Shown one piece after another: positions 1 to 10,053 of a stretch of DNA of 64,000 bases (its first letter is position 1; each line of letters starts with the position of its first letter). The translations under genes and the position numbers were made by a program. This DNA is from Promethearchaeota archaeon (lineage in GTDB: Archaea > Asgardarchaeota > Lokiarchaeia > Sigyniarchaeales > SOKP01): positions 64,001-128,000 of the forward strand of contig JAHLWP010000007.1 in NCBI GenBank assembly GCA_019057865.1. Reading direction: 5' to 3'. The notes under the pieces were generated by a model. The model saw only the letters and a program-made list of their open reading frames with translations. It did no database searches and was not told the origin of the DNA.

Positions 1-549
1 AACGATCTTATTGATGGAAAGCTAAATAAGAACAAATTAGAAGAAGTAATACAATGTGAACATATAGCGGACCAGGCAAAAGAAAATTATATTAATATCC
101 TTTATAAGGATAAGCGAGCTCTCCCATTTTTAGTTGAAGATCGTTATAGAATGATTAAATATCTTGATATTGTCTCGGATAACTCAGAAGAGCTTGCTCG
201 TGGTTTAAAAGTTTATCCTTATGAACTCTTTGATGATATAAAATTGGATATGAAAACAATTAACGATTTATATCAAGAAACAATTGAATCATTAGTGGAA
301 ATGGTCAACCTAATGGAGATGGATTTTAAAACTGCTTATCAGAAAAGCTTCCATATTGAAACTCTAAAAAGAAGTGCTCGCGAGGCAAAATACAAAATAT
401 TAGGTTTGATTTATCAAAAACCACAAGAAAAATCTCTACGAGTATATCTAACGTCAAAAATAAGCATAAAAATATTTGATATGATTGTAAGAGCTGAGGA
501 AATTAGTGATTATCTAAGAAGTTTGATTGTAAAATATCCTAGCAAATAA
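1..549 (+). CDS. DUF47/PhoU-like phosphate transport regulator (5'-truncated by window edge)
   Basis: Frame is open from base 1 (NDLIDGKL...EHIADQAKE...LPFLVEDR); all-helical with EHxAD and RAEEISD motifs; directly upstream of a PiT transporter. Confidence 0.8.
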   Translation, partial: NDLIDGKLNKNKLEEVIQCEHIADQAKENYINILYKDKRALPFLVEDRYRMIKYLDIVSDNSEELARGLKVYPYELFDDIKLDMKTINDLYQETIESLVEMVNLMEMDFKTAYQKSFHIETLKRSAREAKYKILGLIYQKPQEKSLRVYLTSKISIKIFDMIVRAEEISDYLRSLIVKYPSK

Positions 550-570
550 TATAATTGAAAGGGGATCCAA

Positions 571-1527
571 ATGGCTTTGTTAGGTATTCTAGTAGTTTTT
601 TTAGTAATAGTAATCATAATTTCATTTGGAATAGGTGGGAATGACGAGACTTTTGCTGGAATATATGGTTCAAGAATTCTAAACATGAAACAAATTATGA
701 TCTTGGCTACAATATTCGCAATAACAGGAGCTCTTTTACTGGGTGAAGCTGTAAGTAAAACTGTGGGTAAAGGCATTTTGGTTAATCTTGATGATGCTAT
801 CGTCATAACAATTTTAATTTCTACTGCTATTTGGTTGATTTTATCATCTGCTTTGCGCTTACCGATTTCAACTACTCATGCAACCATCGGGGCTGTTATA
901 GGTCTTGGCATAGCGCTTAATGCAAGTCTTAATTGGATGAAAATTATTGAGTTAAGCATTTGGTGGGTATTATCTCCGATTATTGGCTATGTTGTTTCAT
1001 TTATAGTTTTTAAGCTTATGCGTGCTTATAAAATTAAACACTTGAATGGATTTCAGAGTCTAGAAAAAACCGAAAAAAGTTTCACATATATAGTTCTAAT
1101 AATTATCTGTATCACCGCATTCTCAAGAGCAGGAAATGATTGTTCAAATGCGGTAGGTATTGTAGTTGGTATAGGAGATATACAAGTTAATCTTCTTCTT
1201 TTGATAACAGGTTTAAGTTTAGCGGGAGGATTGTTAGTTTTGGGACGAGGTGTTATTAAAAATGTCGGAAGTATAACAGAGTTATATCCAAGTACTGCTT
1301 TTGCCTCACAAATTCCTACAGCAGCAATATTGTTTCTTGGTACCGCACTAGGAATTCCTTTATCAGGATCTCATATGTTAGTGGCTTCTCTAGTTGGATT
1401 ATCTAAGGCAAGTCATACTCCTGCTAAGAAAGGATTATGGAAAATAGTATTGATATGGTTAGTAACCTTTCCAGCAGCTGCAATACTTTCTATAATTATA
1501 TATATTCCAGTGAATTCATTTTTCTAA
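571..1527 (+). CDS. Inorganic phosphate transporter, PiT family
   Basis: Two PiT signatures (GGNDET, AGNDCSN) plus PISTTH and PLSGSH motifs; multi-pass hydrophobic. Confidence 0.9.
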   Translation: MALLGILVVFLVIVIIISFGIGGNDETFAGIYGSRILNMKQIMILATIFAITGALLLGEAVSKTVGKGILVNLDDAIVITILISTAIWLILSSALRLPISTTHATIGAVIGLGIALNASLNWMKIIELSIWWVLSPIIGYVVSFIVFKLMRAYKIKHLNGFQSLEKTEKSFTYIVLIIICITAFSRAGNDCSNAVGIVVGIGDIQVNLLLLITGLSLAGGLLVLGRGVIKNVGSITELYPSTAFASQIPTAAILFLGTALGIPLSGSHMLVASLVGLSKASHTPAKKGLWKIVLIWLVTFPAAAILSIIIYIPVNSFF

Positions 1528-1664
1528 TATTAATCTCTTACTTTTTATTTGATTTAAGTCCAAGTCTTTCTTTTTCTTTTTATTTAATGACTTAAATATT
1601 TACAAAAAAAAGGAAATTGTTATTAAAGTTTATATTTGAAGTTATTCAATGTATATTTACAATA

Positions 1665-2132
1665 ATGGCGTCAGATAAAATTGAAATTATAGATTTTTCT
1701 GGTGAAAAATTCTCTCTCATCTCTATACCTTGTTCAGTTAGTTTGCCATTTACTTGTTTGCTTATAATTTTAAATTTTATTTTTATGGTTGCTTTCCCCG
1801 GTTCTTCTATTACAATTGTTTTAAGCTTAGTTTTAATTCTTATAATGGTATTGTTTTTTATCAGTTGGGTAAATAATCCTGCTAAATTGAGAAAATTTTC
1901 TATTTCTGAAGATATTATTGAAATTGTATTACCTCATGTTTCTCGATTTCATAAATATTGGTCTGAATTTGACAAGATTGAAGTAAGGTTAAAATTTCTT
2001 GAAATTAAACCATATAGAGCATATGAATTATATTTTATAAGAGATAATTCTGAAGATTGCTTTATTATTAGCTTATTAGATTTCCATAAAGAAAAAATAA
2101 AAGAAATTTTGGTACTTTTAAAGGAATATTAG
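1665..2132 (+). CDS. Two-TM membrane protein with a soluble beta-rich (PH-like) C-terminal domain; possibly prematurely stopped at TAG
   Basis: ATG at 1665 (MASDK) is more likely than TTG 1617; two hydrophobic helices; frame stays open for 26 codons after the TAG. Confidence 0.6.
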   Translation: MASDKIEIIDFSGEKFSLISIPCSVSLPFTCLLIILNFIFMVAFPGSSITIVLSLVLILIMVLFFISWVNNPAKLRKFSISEDIIEIVLPHVSRFHKYWSEFDKIEVRLKFLEIKPYRAYELYFIRDNSEDCFIISLLDFHKEKIKEILVLLKEY

Positions 2133-2263
2133 CGTAGGAAGAATAAATCTTTTAGTGCAGTAAAGGAAAGAATGATTTCAGGAATTGTTGAGATTGAAGA
2201 TTTAAATATTTAAAATTCAGAGTACGAGATAGAATAAATTTATATTGCTTATAATTTTAAAAA

Positions 2264-3541
2264 CTAATCGATTTTTGCACCACATATAGGACAATTTTTT
2301 GGATTATAAAGTTGGAGTGTCGCACCACAAATTTTACATAGTTTTACTGTTCCTCTTTTCTTTGGAGGATTTAATTTTGTAATAGAAATTTGTTCTTCAA
2401 GTTCAACCGAAGGTGTTACTGATTCTTTTATCTTATTATTGTTATTAACCTTTACTTCTATCTCCCTACCAAAAAACCCTCCTACTCGCACTTTTTTCGT
2501 CATTTCTGGTCGTGGAATAGAAGGAGGTTTTAAAGTTTTTAACTCTATTTCCTCTACTTCTCCATATAGTTCTTGCTCCAATTCTTCATCTACAGGTTGC
2601 TCAATTATAGGTACTTCTCCCAATTTTTCTTCTAGTTCTTCTTCATATATCATATTGACATACTCTTCGTCTAATTTTAATAATGTTTCGCATTGAGGGC
2701 ATCTAAAAAGATGAATAAATCCAATATTTTTAGCAAGTGAATATTTTGCCGCACAACAACTATGAAATTTAGTATTACAGTTAAAACATTTATGTATCTC
2801 ATCAGAATGAGCTTCACAAATTGGACAAACTTCTTGTTCACAGATTGTACAAATTTCTTCATCATCAGGAGAGAGGGTGATTAAATCTACTGCCAATTTT
2901 TCATAAAAAATCTGATCTTCTGCTAAAATTTGATCTTCTTCATCAGTGTGAATTATTTTAAATTCTTTTTTGCTTTGAACTAATGATCCAAGAATATTGT
3001 GGAAGAGTTTTTCATTAGTGCAATAAAAGGTCCCACCATGGGTTTCACTTGAAATTACTTTCAGTTTGACATCATCATCGTAGAATTTCTTGTCTCCAAC
3101 TCGAATAATATCAATAAAAGCTGAAAATCTTTTTGCTTTAATCAACAAATCATAAAGAGCTAAATGATACTCCTCAGATAATGTACTAGGAGTATCTGAA
3201 ATAATAATAACACGATAATCTTTTCTAGCTTTTTGACTTCTTCTAAAAATGTATGCAAGAATTTCATATAATCCATTTTCTAAATAGCTATGTTCGACAT
3301 CGCGAGTATCCCACGCGTCATTTATAGTATTTAAAACTGTTTCTGTTTCCTTTAAATCATAAGCAGTAATAGGATTATCATCTTTTTGAAAAAATACTAT
3401 ACCATAAGAGCTTAAAACGTTAAATTTATTCTTTTCTTTAATAAATGCTCCTATGGCTTTTAGTAGTGGCTTTTTCTTTAGAAAATTCGTCGTTAAATCT
3501 ATGTAAAATATGAATTCCTCAGAATTTATGGTTGTTAACAT
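2264..3541 (-). CDS. vWA-like domain + extended RING/PHD-like Zn finger + C-terminal Zn ribbon (paralog A)
   Basis: vWA strands FIFYIDLT, RVIIISDT, FIDIIRVG, ETHGGTFY; CxxC-x4-CxxC-x9-CxxC-x4-HxCC-x17-CxxC; terminal CKICG...CPICG. Confidence 0.75.
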   Translation of the reverse strand: MLTTINSEEFIFYIDLTTNFLKKKPLLKAIGAFIKEKNKFNVLSSYGIVFFQKDDNPITAYDLKETETVLNTINDAWDTRDVEHSYLENGLYEILAYIFRRSQKARKDYRVIIISDTPSTLSEEYHLALYDLLIKAKRFSAFIDIIRVGDKKFYDDDVKLKVISSETHGGTFYCTNEKLFHNILGSLVQSKKEFKIIHTDEEDQILAEDQIFYEKLAVDLITLSPDDEEICTICEQEVCPICEAHSDEIHKCFNCNTKFHSCCAAKYSLAKNIGFIHLFRCPQCETLLKLDEEYVNMIYEEELEEKLGEVPIIEQPVDEELEQELYGEVEEIELKTLKPPSIPRPEMTKKVRVGGFFGREIEVKVNNNNKIKESVTPSVELEEQISITKLNPPKKRGTVKLCKICGATLQLYNPKNCPICGAKID

Positions 3542-3691
3542 TTTATCATCAAAGCAATTCTAATTTAAACGCATATTAAAAAGTTATACAAGAATAATAA
3601 TTGAAATTGTATTTATTTTTATTTATATTATTAAAATCTATATTTTTATATTTAACAAAAGTATTATTAATAAGAATTTAATAATTTCAAC

Positions 3692-5011
3692 TTATAATTT
3701 AGTTCCACAATTCGGACATTTGAATTGTTCATTCGATGTTATCTGTGTTCCACATTCCGGACAAATCCTAAAACGGGGTTCCTTTTTCTTATCATTTATT
3801 GGTTCTTTAGATTCACTGATTTCTGTTTTTAAAGCAGGTTCTAAAGAAGTTTTAATAGTTTTTTCATATACTATTTTATCTCCAACTTTCTTCACTGTAT
3901 AAACCCTTCCAAAATATCCACCGATCCGAACTTTTCTAGGTTTTTCTTCAGATACTTGGTCTTTTAATGGATACAATTTTTCCTCTTCTGTTTTTTCTAA
4001 TTCAAATGAAGGTTCTTTCATCTCTTCGATCTCAAAAATTTTCTCTGATTCGCCTATTTGTAGATAATCTTTTACAGATTTTACTTTAGGGTCGCTAATA
4101 GAAGCCTCGACAATTAAATCTTGATCAATTTGAAGTAAAATGTCGCAATTTGGACAACGAAAAATATGTGGGATACCGATATTGTTATGAATTGTATAAT
4201 TAGTAACACAACACTGATGAAAGCTAGTGTTGCATGAATCACATAATAACGGAATATCACTAAGTTCTCCACAGATTGGACAAATTTCTTCACGACAGAA
4301 ATGACATTTTAAACCTGTTGCATTAACAGATTCTTTTAGTTTCCGAGCTAATTTATTATAAAAAGTAAAATCTTCTTTACTAATTTTTATGTGATCTGGT
4401 CGATCTGCAAAAGTGCTTACTAGTTGTTTAGTTTTTACTAACTTTTTTATAACATCAGAAAACTCTTTTTTATCTTGTACATAAAAGATTCCTCCCTTAG
4501 TATCACTTGCTAATACATTTAATTTTACATCATCACTAAAAAACCTAGTTCCCTTCTCAGAGATTCTTATTATATCTATAAAAGTGGGAAAATATTTTAT
4601 TTTTGCTACTAAATTAAATAGTGCTTCTTGATATTCACTACCAAGATCACTAGGAGTATCTGTAATAATAATTACTCGGTTATATTTTGATTTTTTCCTT
4701 ACTGTTTCAGCTATATAAGAGAAAATATAAAATAAACCATTTTCAAAAAAACTTGTCTTTTTGGGTCTAAACTTCCAATTTTCTTCAATAGCATTAGTAA
4801 TTATACTAGCTTCTTTTTTATCAGTTATGAAAATAGGATTTCCTCTTTCTTGAAAAATAAGAAGAGAATAATGACCCTTTATATTTGCTTTATTCTTTTC
4901 CTCAATATAATATTTAATAGATTTTATAAGTTCTTTTTTTCTCAACATTTCCTTAGTTAAATCTAAGTAAAAATAAACATCTTCTGTCGTTATTCTCACA
5001 TCACAATCCAA
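3692..5011 (-). CDS. vWA-like domain + extended RING/PHD-like Zn finger + C-terminal Zn ribbon (paralog B)
   Basis: Colinear paralog of 2264..3541 (ENGL, RVIIITDTPS, DDVKL, identical Cys/His spacing, KVRIGGYFGR). Confidence 0.75.
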   Translation of the reverse strand: MDCDVRITTEDVYFYLDLTKEMLRKKELIKSIKYYIEEKNKANIKGHYSLLIFQERGNPIFITDKKEASIITNAIEENWKFRPKKTSFFENGLFYIFSYIAETVRKKSKYNRVIIITDTPSDLGSEYQEALFNLVAKIKYFPTFIDIIRISEKGTRFFSDDVKLNVLASDTKGGIFYVQDKKEFSDVIKKLVKTKQLVSTFADRPDHIKISKEDFTFYNKLARKLKESVNATGLKCHFCREEICPICGELSDIPLLCDSCNTSFHQCCVTNYTIHNNIGIPHIFRCPNCDILLQIDQDLIVEASISDPKVKSVKDYLQIGESEKIFEIEEMKEPSFELEKTEEEKLYPLKDQVSEEKPRKVRIGGYFGRVYTVKKVGDKIVYEKTIKTSLEPALKTEISESKEPINDKKKEPRFRICPECGTQITSNEQFKCPNCGTKL

Positions 5012-5172
5012 ACTTCAGTTAAACTTCACTTAATAATTAATAATCATAAAGATAAAACTTCTTTAAAAACTTTTTATAAAAGATAAATAATTAAAAAAAT
5101 AGTTATTAATAAAAAATCATATGGTTTATAAATTTATTAGTAGATCCCAAAAAAAATGTGTGATATTTCAAT

Positions 5173-7173
5173 ATGGATGAATTTTTAAAACAAATAGGGC
5201 TTTCAGATAATGCTATAAAAATATATATTAAATCATTAGGAAGAACCTCTCTTACGTATTATGAACTCTACTCAATAGTTCCAAAAATATCTGAAGAGGA
5301 ATTTAAAAATTGTATTAATGAACTTATAGATTCCGGCTTAATAATTCAATTGATCCCTCAAAAACCGGAAATCCTTTTAGAACATCTAACTATTCCTCCT
5401 TTTGGACCAATAATTACTTATTACGAAAACATTGATGCGAATTTAACAAACATTAAAAATTCAATTCAGGAATTAATAGCTAATTCGTTAAAACAAATTT
5501 TTAAGAGTAATAGAATAGTTGATATGGATTCGGTTTTCACCGTTTTTCAAGAAATTAAGAAGGATATTGAAGAAGATACTATTATTCAAAAAAGAGAAAT
5601 TGAAGATATTTTTGAGGGTATGGAGGATCTGAATAAGCTTAAAAAAGAGCTTTCTGAAATTCATCAACAGATTAAAAGTATTACACAAACACAATTTTCA
5701 GATCTATTAAAATTAATTTCAAATCTTAAAGATGATTTAACTAAAAAAATTAATTCATTAGAATTTAAGAAATATAAGAAAGAAATTATAGAGATAATTG
5801 AAGAATTATTTAAAACAAGATTAGATGAGATGGTAGGAAATTTTACTAATAAATTACATAATCAAATAGAAGATGAGTTTAGTAATACAAATAAATCTAC
5901 TGATAATATTAGGGAGTCTGTTTTTCAATATCGTGAAGATTTTAAAATGCTACTCTTAAACATGTTAAATAATTTTGAAACAAAAATGAATACTATTTTC
6001 GGTATGATTAAAGATAATAAAGAAAATCTTGTAAATGAAATTCAAACCCTTGAAAGCAAAATCACAGAGAATTTAAATGCTATAGTTAGAAATTCCATAA
6101 ATGAAGTCTCAAAATTAAATAAACCTATTGAAAGTGTAATGAAAAATAGTTTTGAGATGTTGATTTCTTCTGATAAGGCATTGATTAATGATATTTGGAT
6201 GATAAGGAGTATAACTAATGTTAATGAAGAGATTCAAAAGTTAATAAATAACACAAATAAAACTCTCTTTCTTATTATTCCTAATCTTGAAAATCACCTA
6301 GCAATTGAACATTTTGGAAAACAATCTGGAAATTTGAAAATAAAGATCGCCTCTTCAGAAGCACACACTAATAGTCTTGTTAAGAAATTAAAAAACGTAA
6401 AAAATTTAGAGTATAAAACTCTGCAAAATGAAAATATAATTGCTTTGAAAGGGGATGATAAACATATCGTTATAGGTTTAATCCAAGATAATCAAAAAGA
6501 ACCTCTAGAAGATTTTGTTGGATTTGGGAGTAATTTTAAACCTTTAATAAAAATATTCGAACCTATTATAGATACAACATGGGCAGCAGCCTATTCAGAT
6601 ACTTATTTTGCTGCTCAACAAACAAAAATTCAAACAACAGCCCCCAAGAAAGTTGCTGCAATAAAACCTACAGTAATTAAGGAAGTAAAACCTATAACTC
6701 CTACAAAAACGAAGCCCATTAAAACTAATGAAGTATCCACTAAAAAAAAACTAGAAAAAGAAATTCCGAAACAGATTAAAGAACCTATTAAAATTCAAGA
6801 GAAATCTACTCCAAAACCTCTAAAAGTCACTACTGAAAACTCAACACCTAAGGAGAAAATAACAGATTTAACTCAAAAACTAAAGAGAAATTTAACTATA
6901 CTCCCGAAAGCTGGTGATGAAGCAGGTATGTTTATCAATGATGTTTTTAATAGTCTTATTTTGCAATTGAATAATTTAAAGGGAGAAGACTTTAGTATAG
7001 AATTGCAAAAAATAGCGGACTTAATTCTAGAGAAAAAAGGTTTCTCAGTTATTTTACACCAATTAAGAAGTACAATAAATGAATATAAAACACATTATAA
7101 ATTGTTAAATAAGAATGAAAAAAATCAAATAGTCGATTTTATTAATAATTGGAAGCAGAAATTATTTCAATAA
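5173..7173 (+). CDS. TrmB-like wHTH + long coiled coil + PLD-like fold + Pro/Lys-rich linker + helical C-terminal domain
   Basis: N-terminus LKQIGLSDNAIKIY is typical of TrmB wHTH; heptad-rich middle; alpha/beta segment LFLIIP...IKIAS...IIALKGD without an HKD motif. Confidence 0.6.
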   Translation: MDEFLKQIGLSDNAIKIYIKSLGRTSLTYYELYSIVPKISEEEFKNCINELIDSGLIIQLIPQKPEILLEHLTIPPFGPIITYYENIDANLTNIKNSIQELIANSLKQIFKSNRIVDMDSVFTVFQEIKKDIEEDTIIQKREIEDIFEGMEDLNKLKKELSEIHQQIKSITQTQFSDLLKLISNLKDDLTKKINSLEFKKYKKEIIEIIEELFKTRLDEMVGNFTNKLHNQIEDEFSNTNKSTDNIRESVFQYREDFKMLLLNMLNNFETKMNTIFGMIKDNKENLVNEIQTLESKITENLNAIVRNSINEVSKLNKPIESVMKNSFEMLISSDKALINDIWMIRSITNVNEEIQKLINNTNKTLFLIIPNLENHLAIEHFGKQSGNLKIKIASSEAHTNSLVKKLKNVKNLEYKTLQNENIIALKGDDKHIVIGLIQDNQKEPLEDFVGFGSNFKPLIKIFEPIIDTTWAAAYSDTYFAAQQTKIQTTAPKKVAAIKPTVIKEVKPITPTKTKPIKTNEVSTKKKLEKEIPKQIKEPIKIQEKSTPKPLKVTTENSTPKEKITDLTQKLKRNLTILPKAGDEAGMFINDVFNSLILQLNNLKGEDFSIELQKIADLILEKKGFSVILHQLRSTINEYKTHYKLLNKNEKNQIVDFINNWKQKLFQ

Positions 7174-7178
7174 TTTTA

Positions 7179-7961
7179 TTATTGGGAAGTTTTTGCCTTA
7201 TTTCTAATCGTTTTCATATAAATAAGAAATCCTCTGATAAAAAAGATTAATGCAAATAGAAAACTACCAAGAAAAAATATTGAAACAATAATTGAAATTA
7301 AATAATTGGGATTCAGAATTCCAATAATCCCAAAAATTGGACACAGGGGGGCAACAATCAAGAAGGTCAAATAGACACTCTTATCTTTTTCACCAAACTT
7401 TATATAAGTAGTTATATTAAACCATCCGATTAATATCATGAAAAAAGGAATCAAATAAGAAGAAAGTGGGAGAAATGGATAATCTATACCTCCCATTGCA
7501 AATGCATAAAAGTAATTTGCATAAAAAAAAGTAATTAATGATAAAGCACTTAACGGAGTAGGCACCCCGGTATATCCTGGAATTTTAGAGATATTAAATC
7601 TTGCTAACCTGAGTATTGCTCCTAATGCGAAACAAATAGAACCAATCACTATGAAAATGTCTATATATCCACCTGTTTTAAAAGCTTGATAAGTTAAAAT
7701 TGCGGGAGTTATCCCAAAAGTTAAAGAATCACTTAAAGAATCCAATTCCTTACCCATTTCGTTTATTGTACCCGTTTTACGAGCAATATAACCATCTATA
7801 AGATCTGTCCCAAGTGTTATAGATATAAGAAAAAATCCTAAAGATAGAAATTCATGAGTTCCTATACATGCACATACCAAAGCTATAATTCCAAGCGTAG
7901 TACCGATAAGCGTTATATAATCTTTGAATTTCAATAGATTAGGGATACTTGGGGTTGACAT
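7179..7961 (-). CDS. CDP-alcohol phosphatidyltransferase (PssA/archaetidylserine synthase-like)
   Basis: Signature DxxDGxxAR...GxxLDxxxD (DLIDGYIAR...GKELDSLSD) plus LRLARFN and GVPTP. Confidence 0.9.
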   Translation of the reverse strand: MSTPSIPNLLKFKDYITLIGTTLGIIALVCACIGTHEFLSLGFFLISITLGTDLIDGYIARKTGTINEMGKELDSLSDSLTFGITPAILTYQAFKTGGYIDIFIVIGSICFALGAILRLARFNISKIPGYTGVPTPLSALSLITFFYANYFYAFAMGGIDYPFLPLSSYLIPFFMILIGWFNITTYIKFGEKDKSVYLTFLIVAPLCPIFGIIGILNPNYLISIIVSIFFLGSFLFALIFFIRGFLIYMKTIRNKAKTSQ

Positions 7962-8094
7962 TCTATTTTCCTAAATAATTTATTATGTATTAATTAAGCC
8001 TTATTGAATAAAAATATTTTCTTAAGAAAAATGTAAGTCTCCTTCAATTCCTTAAATTTATATAAGAGAGTTACCATTTTTAGCATAATAATTT

Positions 8095-8811
8095 ATGAAA
8101 AAAAATTTTATTCCAATGTATTGTAATATATGTGGAGCGGAAATAAAAGACCCTGATCAAAAATTTTGTGAAAGTTGTGGAAATGAGCTTCCATCTAAAG
8201 CTATTTCTGAACAAGGATCGGCACAAACAACGGTAACTCCGACTACAACGCCCCAACATCGCCCTGGTGGACTGTTTGACATTAACCGGAATTATTACAT
8301 CCTTAAAGAAAAGTATTGGGACTGGGGAAGTGGTGAAATCTTAGATGAGAATAATCAAATAATCGGTAGAATGAAAAGAGTTATCTTAAGCATAAGACGT
8401 AGAGTTGAACTTCAAGAAGTTGATGGTACAATTTCAGCTACAATTCATGCTAAACTTGTATCTGCTCGTGGAGCTCAGGATTTGAAAACACCTGATGGAC
8501 AATTGATAGCAAGAATTAAGAAGAAGATTTTATCGTTATTTCGACCAGTCTTTTATTTGGAGGCCCCTGATGGTACTCAATGGTATAGAGCACAAGGTAA
8601 ATTCATGGGATGGTCCTATAAAGTATATGATGTCTCAACAGGAAAAACAATCGCTGAAATCGAGAAAGCTGATAAATGGAGAGACATCTTTTTTGGTGGA
8701 ATGTTAGATTTTAAGGATACTTATGCTTTAAAAATACTAGATAATGAAACTGATCGAAGGATTTTACTTGGCTTTGTCTTATCAATAGATAATATATTAC
8801 ACGATTATTAA
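8095..8811 (+). CDS. Zn-ribbon + LURP1/scramblase (Tubby C-terminal-like) domain protein
   Basis: N-terminal CNICG...FCESCG; beta-barrel pattern KEKYWDWGSGEILD...IARIKKK...DTYAL followed by a terminal hydrophobic helix (ILLGFVLSID). Confidence 0.8.
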   Translation: MKKNFIPMYCNICGAEIKDPDQKFCESCGNELPSKAISEQGSAQTTVTPTTTPQHRPGGLFDINRNYYILKEKYWDWGSGEILDENNQIIGRMKRVILSIRRRVELQEVDGTISATIHAKLVSARGAQDLKTPDGQLIARIKKKILSLFRPVFYLEAPDGTQWYRAQGKFMGWSYKVYDVSTGKTIAEIEKADKWRDIFFGGMLDFKDTYALKILDNETDRRILLGFVLSIDNILHDY

Positions 8812-8970
8812 TTCCTAATAATTTCATTAATTTTTTTTATTCTTTTTTCTATAACAAATTTATAATTAAAAAAATTTTTATTAATGTATTTTAATATTTT
8901 CTTTAAAAGAACTTTATTCATAGACATAGATTTTTAATTTTTGTAGTATTTCTATAGATGAGAAATCAAT

Positions 8971-9918
8971 ATGACTATAACTTATGAAGAATTTCTAGTT
9001 TTTGATTTAGAGAATGATGGAGAAAAAACGAAATTAGATATAAAACAAGAAGATCTCCAGAACTATTTGAATCCTGAGCAGGTCTTAGTTATCATCCGAG
9101 AAGATTTAAGAAGAATTTATATTTGGAAGGGAGCGAAATCCGCAGTAAGAAAGAGATTTATTAGTTCAAGAGTTGCACGTGATTTACAAAAAGAATTGTT
9201 AGATGATCCTCGATATCATCGCTGTAAAATAGTATCTATAGATCAAGGTGATGAACTCCAAGAATTTTTAGACACTTTTCAACTAGAATCAATGGAAGTT
9301 ACTGAAAGATTACCTGATATGCGATACATACGAAATATCGAACGAGAAAGAATGAAAGAAGCAGAACAAATCGCTAAAGGAAAAACTGAAGACGCTTACT
9401 ATTCACCAGCGCTTCAAGATATAAGTAGCGATGTTGTTATGTCCTCTATCGTTCAAAAACCAAAATTGACTATTGGAATATCTGAAAAAGAGCAAAAACA
9501 AATTAAGAAAAAAATACTTAAAACTGAAGTTCCCCTTGATTATAAGAGACAAAATCTAATTCTTGGTCATACATTATTTGCTGCTGTAACCAAGATTTCA
9601 AAAGTTTTCGATGAAGATGTAGAGGAAATTGTATGGGAGCCGGTTAAGAAAGTTCCAAAAGAAACAATGAATTTAGATAACCATAAATTAAGAGTATATT
9701 TAAATATAAAAAAGGGTATTGTTGAGGCTGTAGAAGTATTAAAAAAAGAAGAAAAGCCAAATCAAAACGCTATACCTAAAAAGATAACTTCGAAACCATC
9801 ACCCACTAAGAGTTCTACTCCTAAGAAGAAGACTTTATTGACTCCAATGCCACCAAAACCTGCCTCGATGAAACAAAATTCAAAAGAGACTGAAACTCAA
9901 GAAAAGCAAGACAAATAG
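8971..9918 (+). CDS. Gelsolin-domain protein with extra C-terminal domain and Pro/Lys-rich tail
   Basis: Gelsolin repeat core LNPEQVLVI...IYIWKGAKS...IDQGDELQEFL. Confidence 0.8.
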   Translation: MTITYEEFLVFDLENDGEKTKLDIKQEDLQNYLNPEQVLVIIREDLRRIYIWKGAKSAVRKRFISSRVARDLQKELLDDPRYHRCKIVSIDQGDELQEFLDTFQLESMEVTERLPDMRYIRNIERERMKEAEQIAKGKTEDAYYSPALQDISSDVVMSSIVQKPKLTIGISEKEQKQIKKKILKTEVPLDYKRQNLILGHTLFAAVTKISKVFDEDVEEIVWEPVKKVPKETMNLDNHKLRVYLNIKKGIVEAVEVLKKEEKPNQNAIPKKITSKPSPTKSSTPKKKTLLTPMPPKPASMKQNSKETETQEKQDK

Positions 9919-10053
9919 GAAATATAATTTAGGTGCAAGTCGAAAATTACCAAAAATCCCTAGTATTAAGTAAAAATTAAAAATTCTCCATTAAATGTAA
10001 ATATCAAATAAATACAAATTAGAACCTATTAATCTCATTATATTATCAGATTC

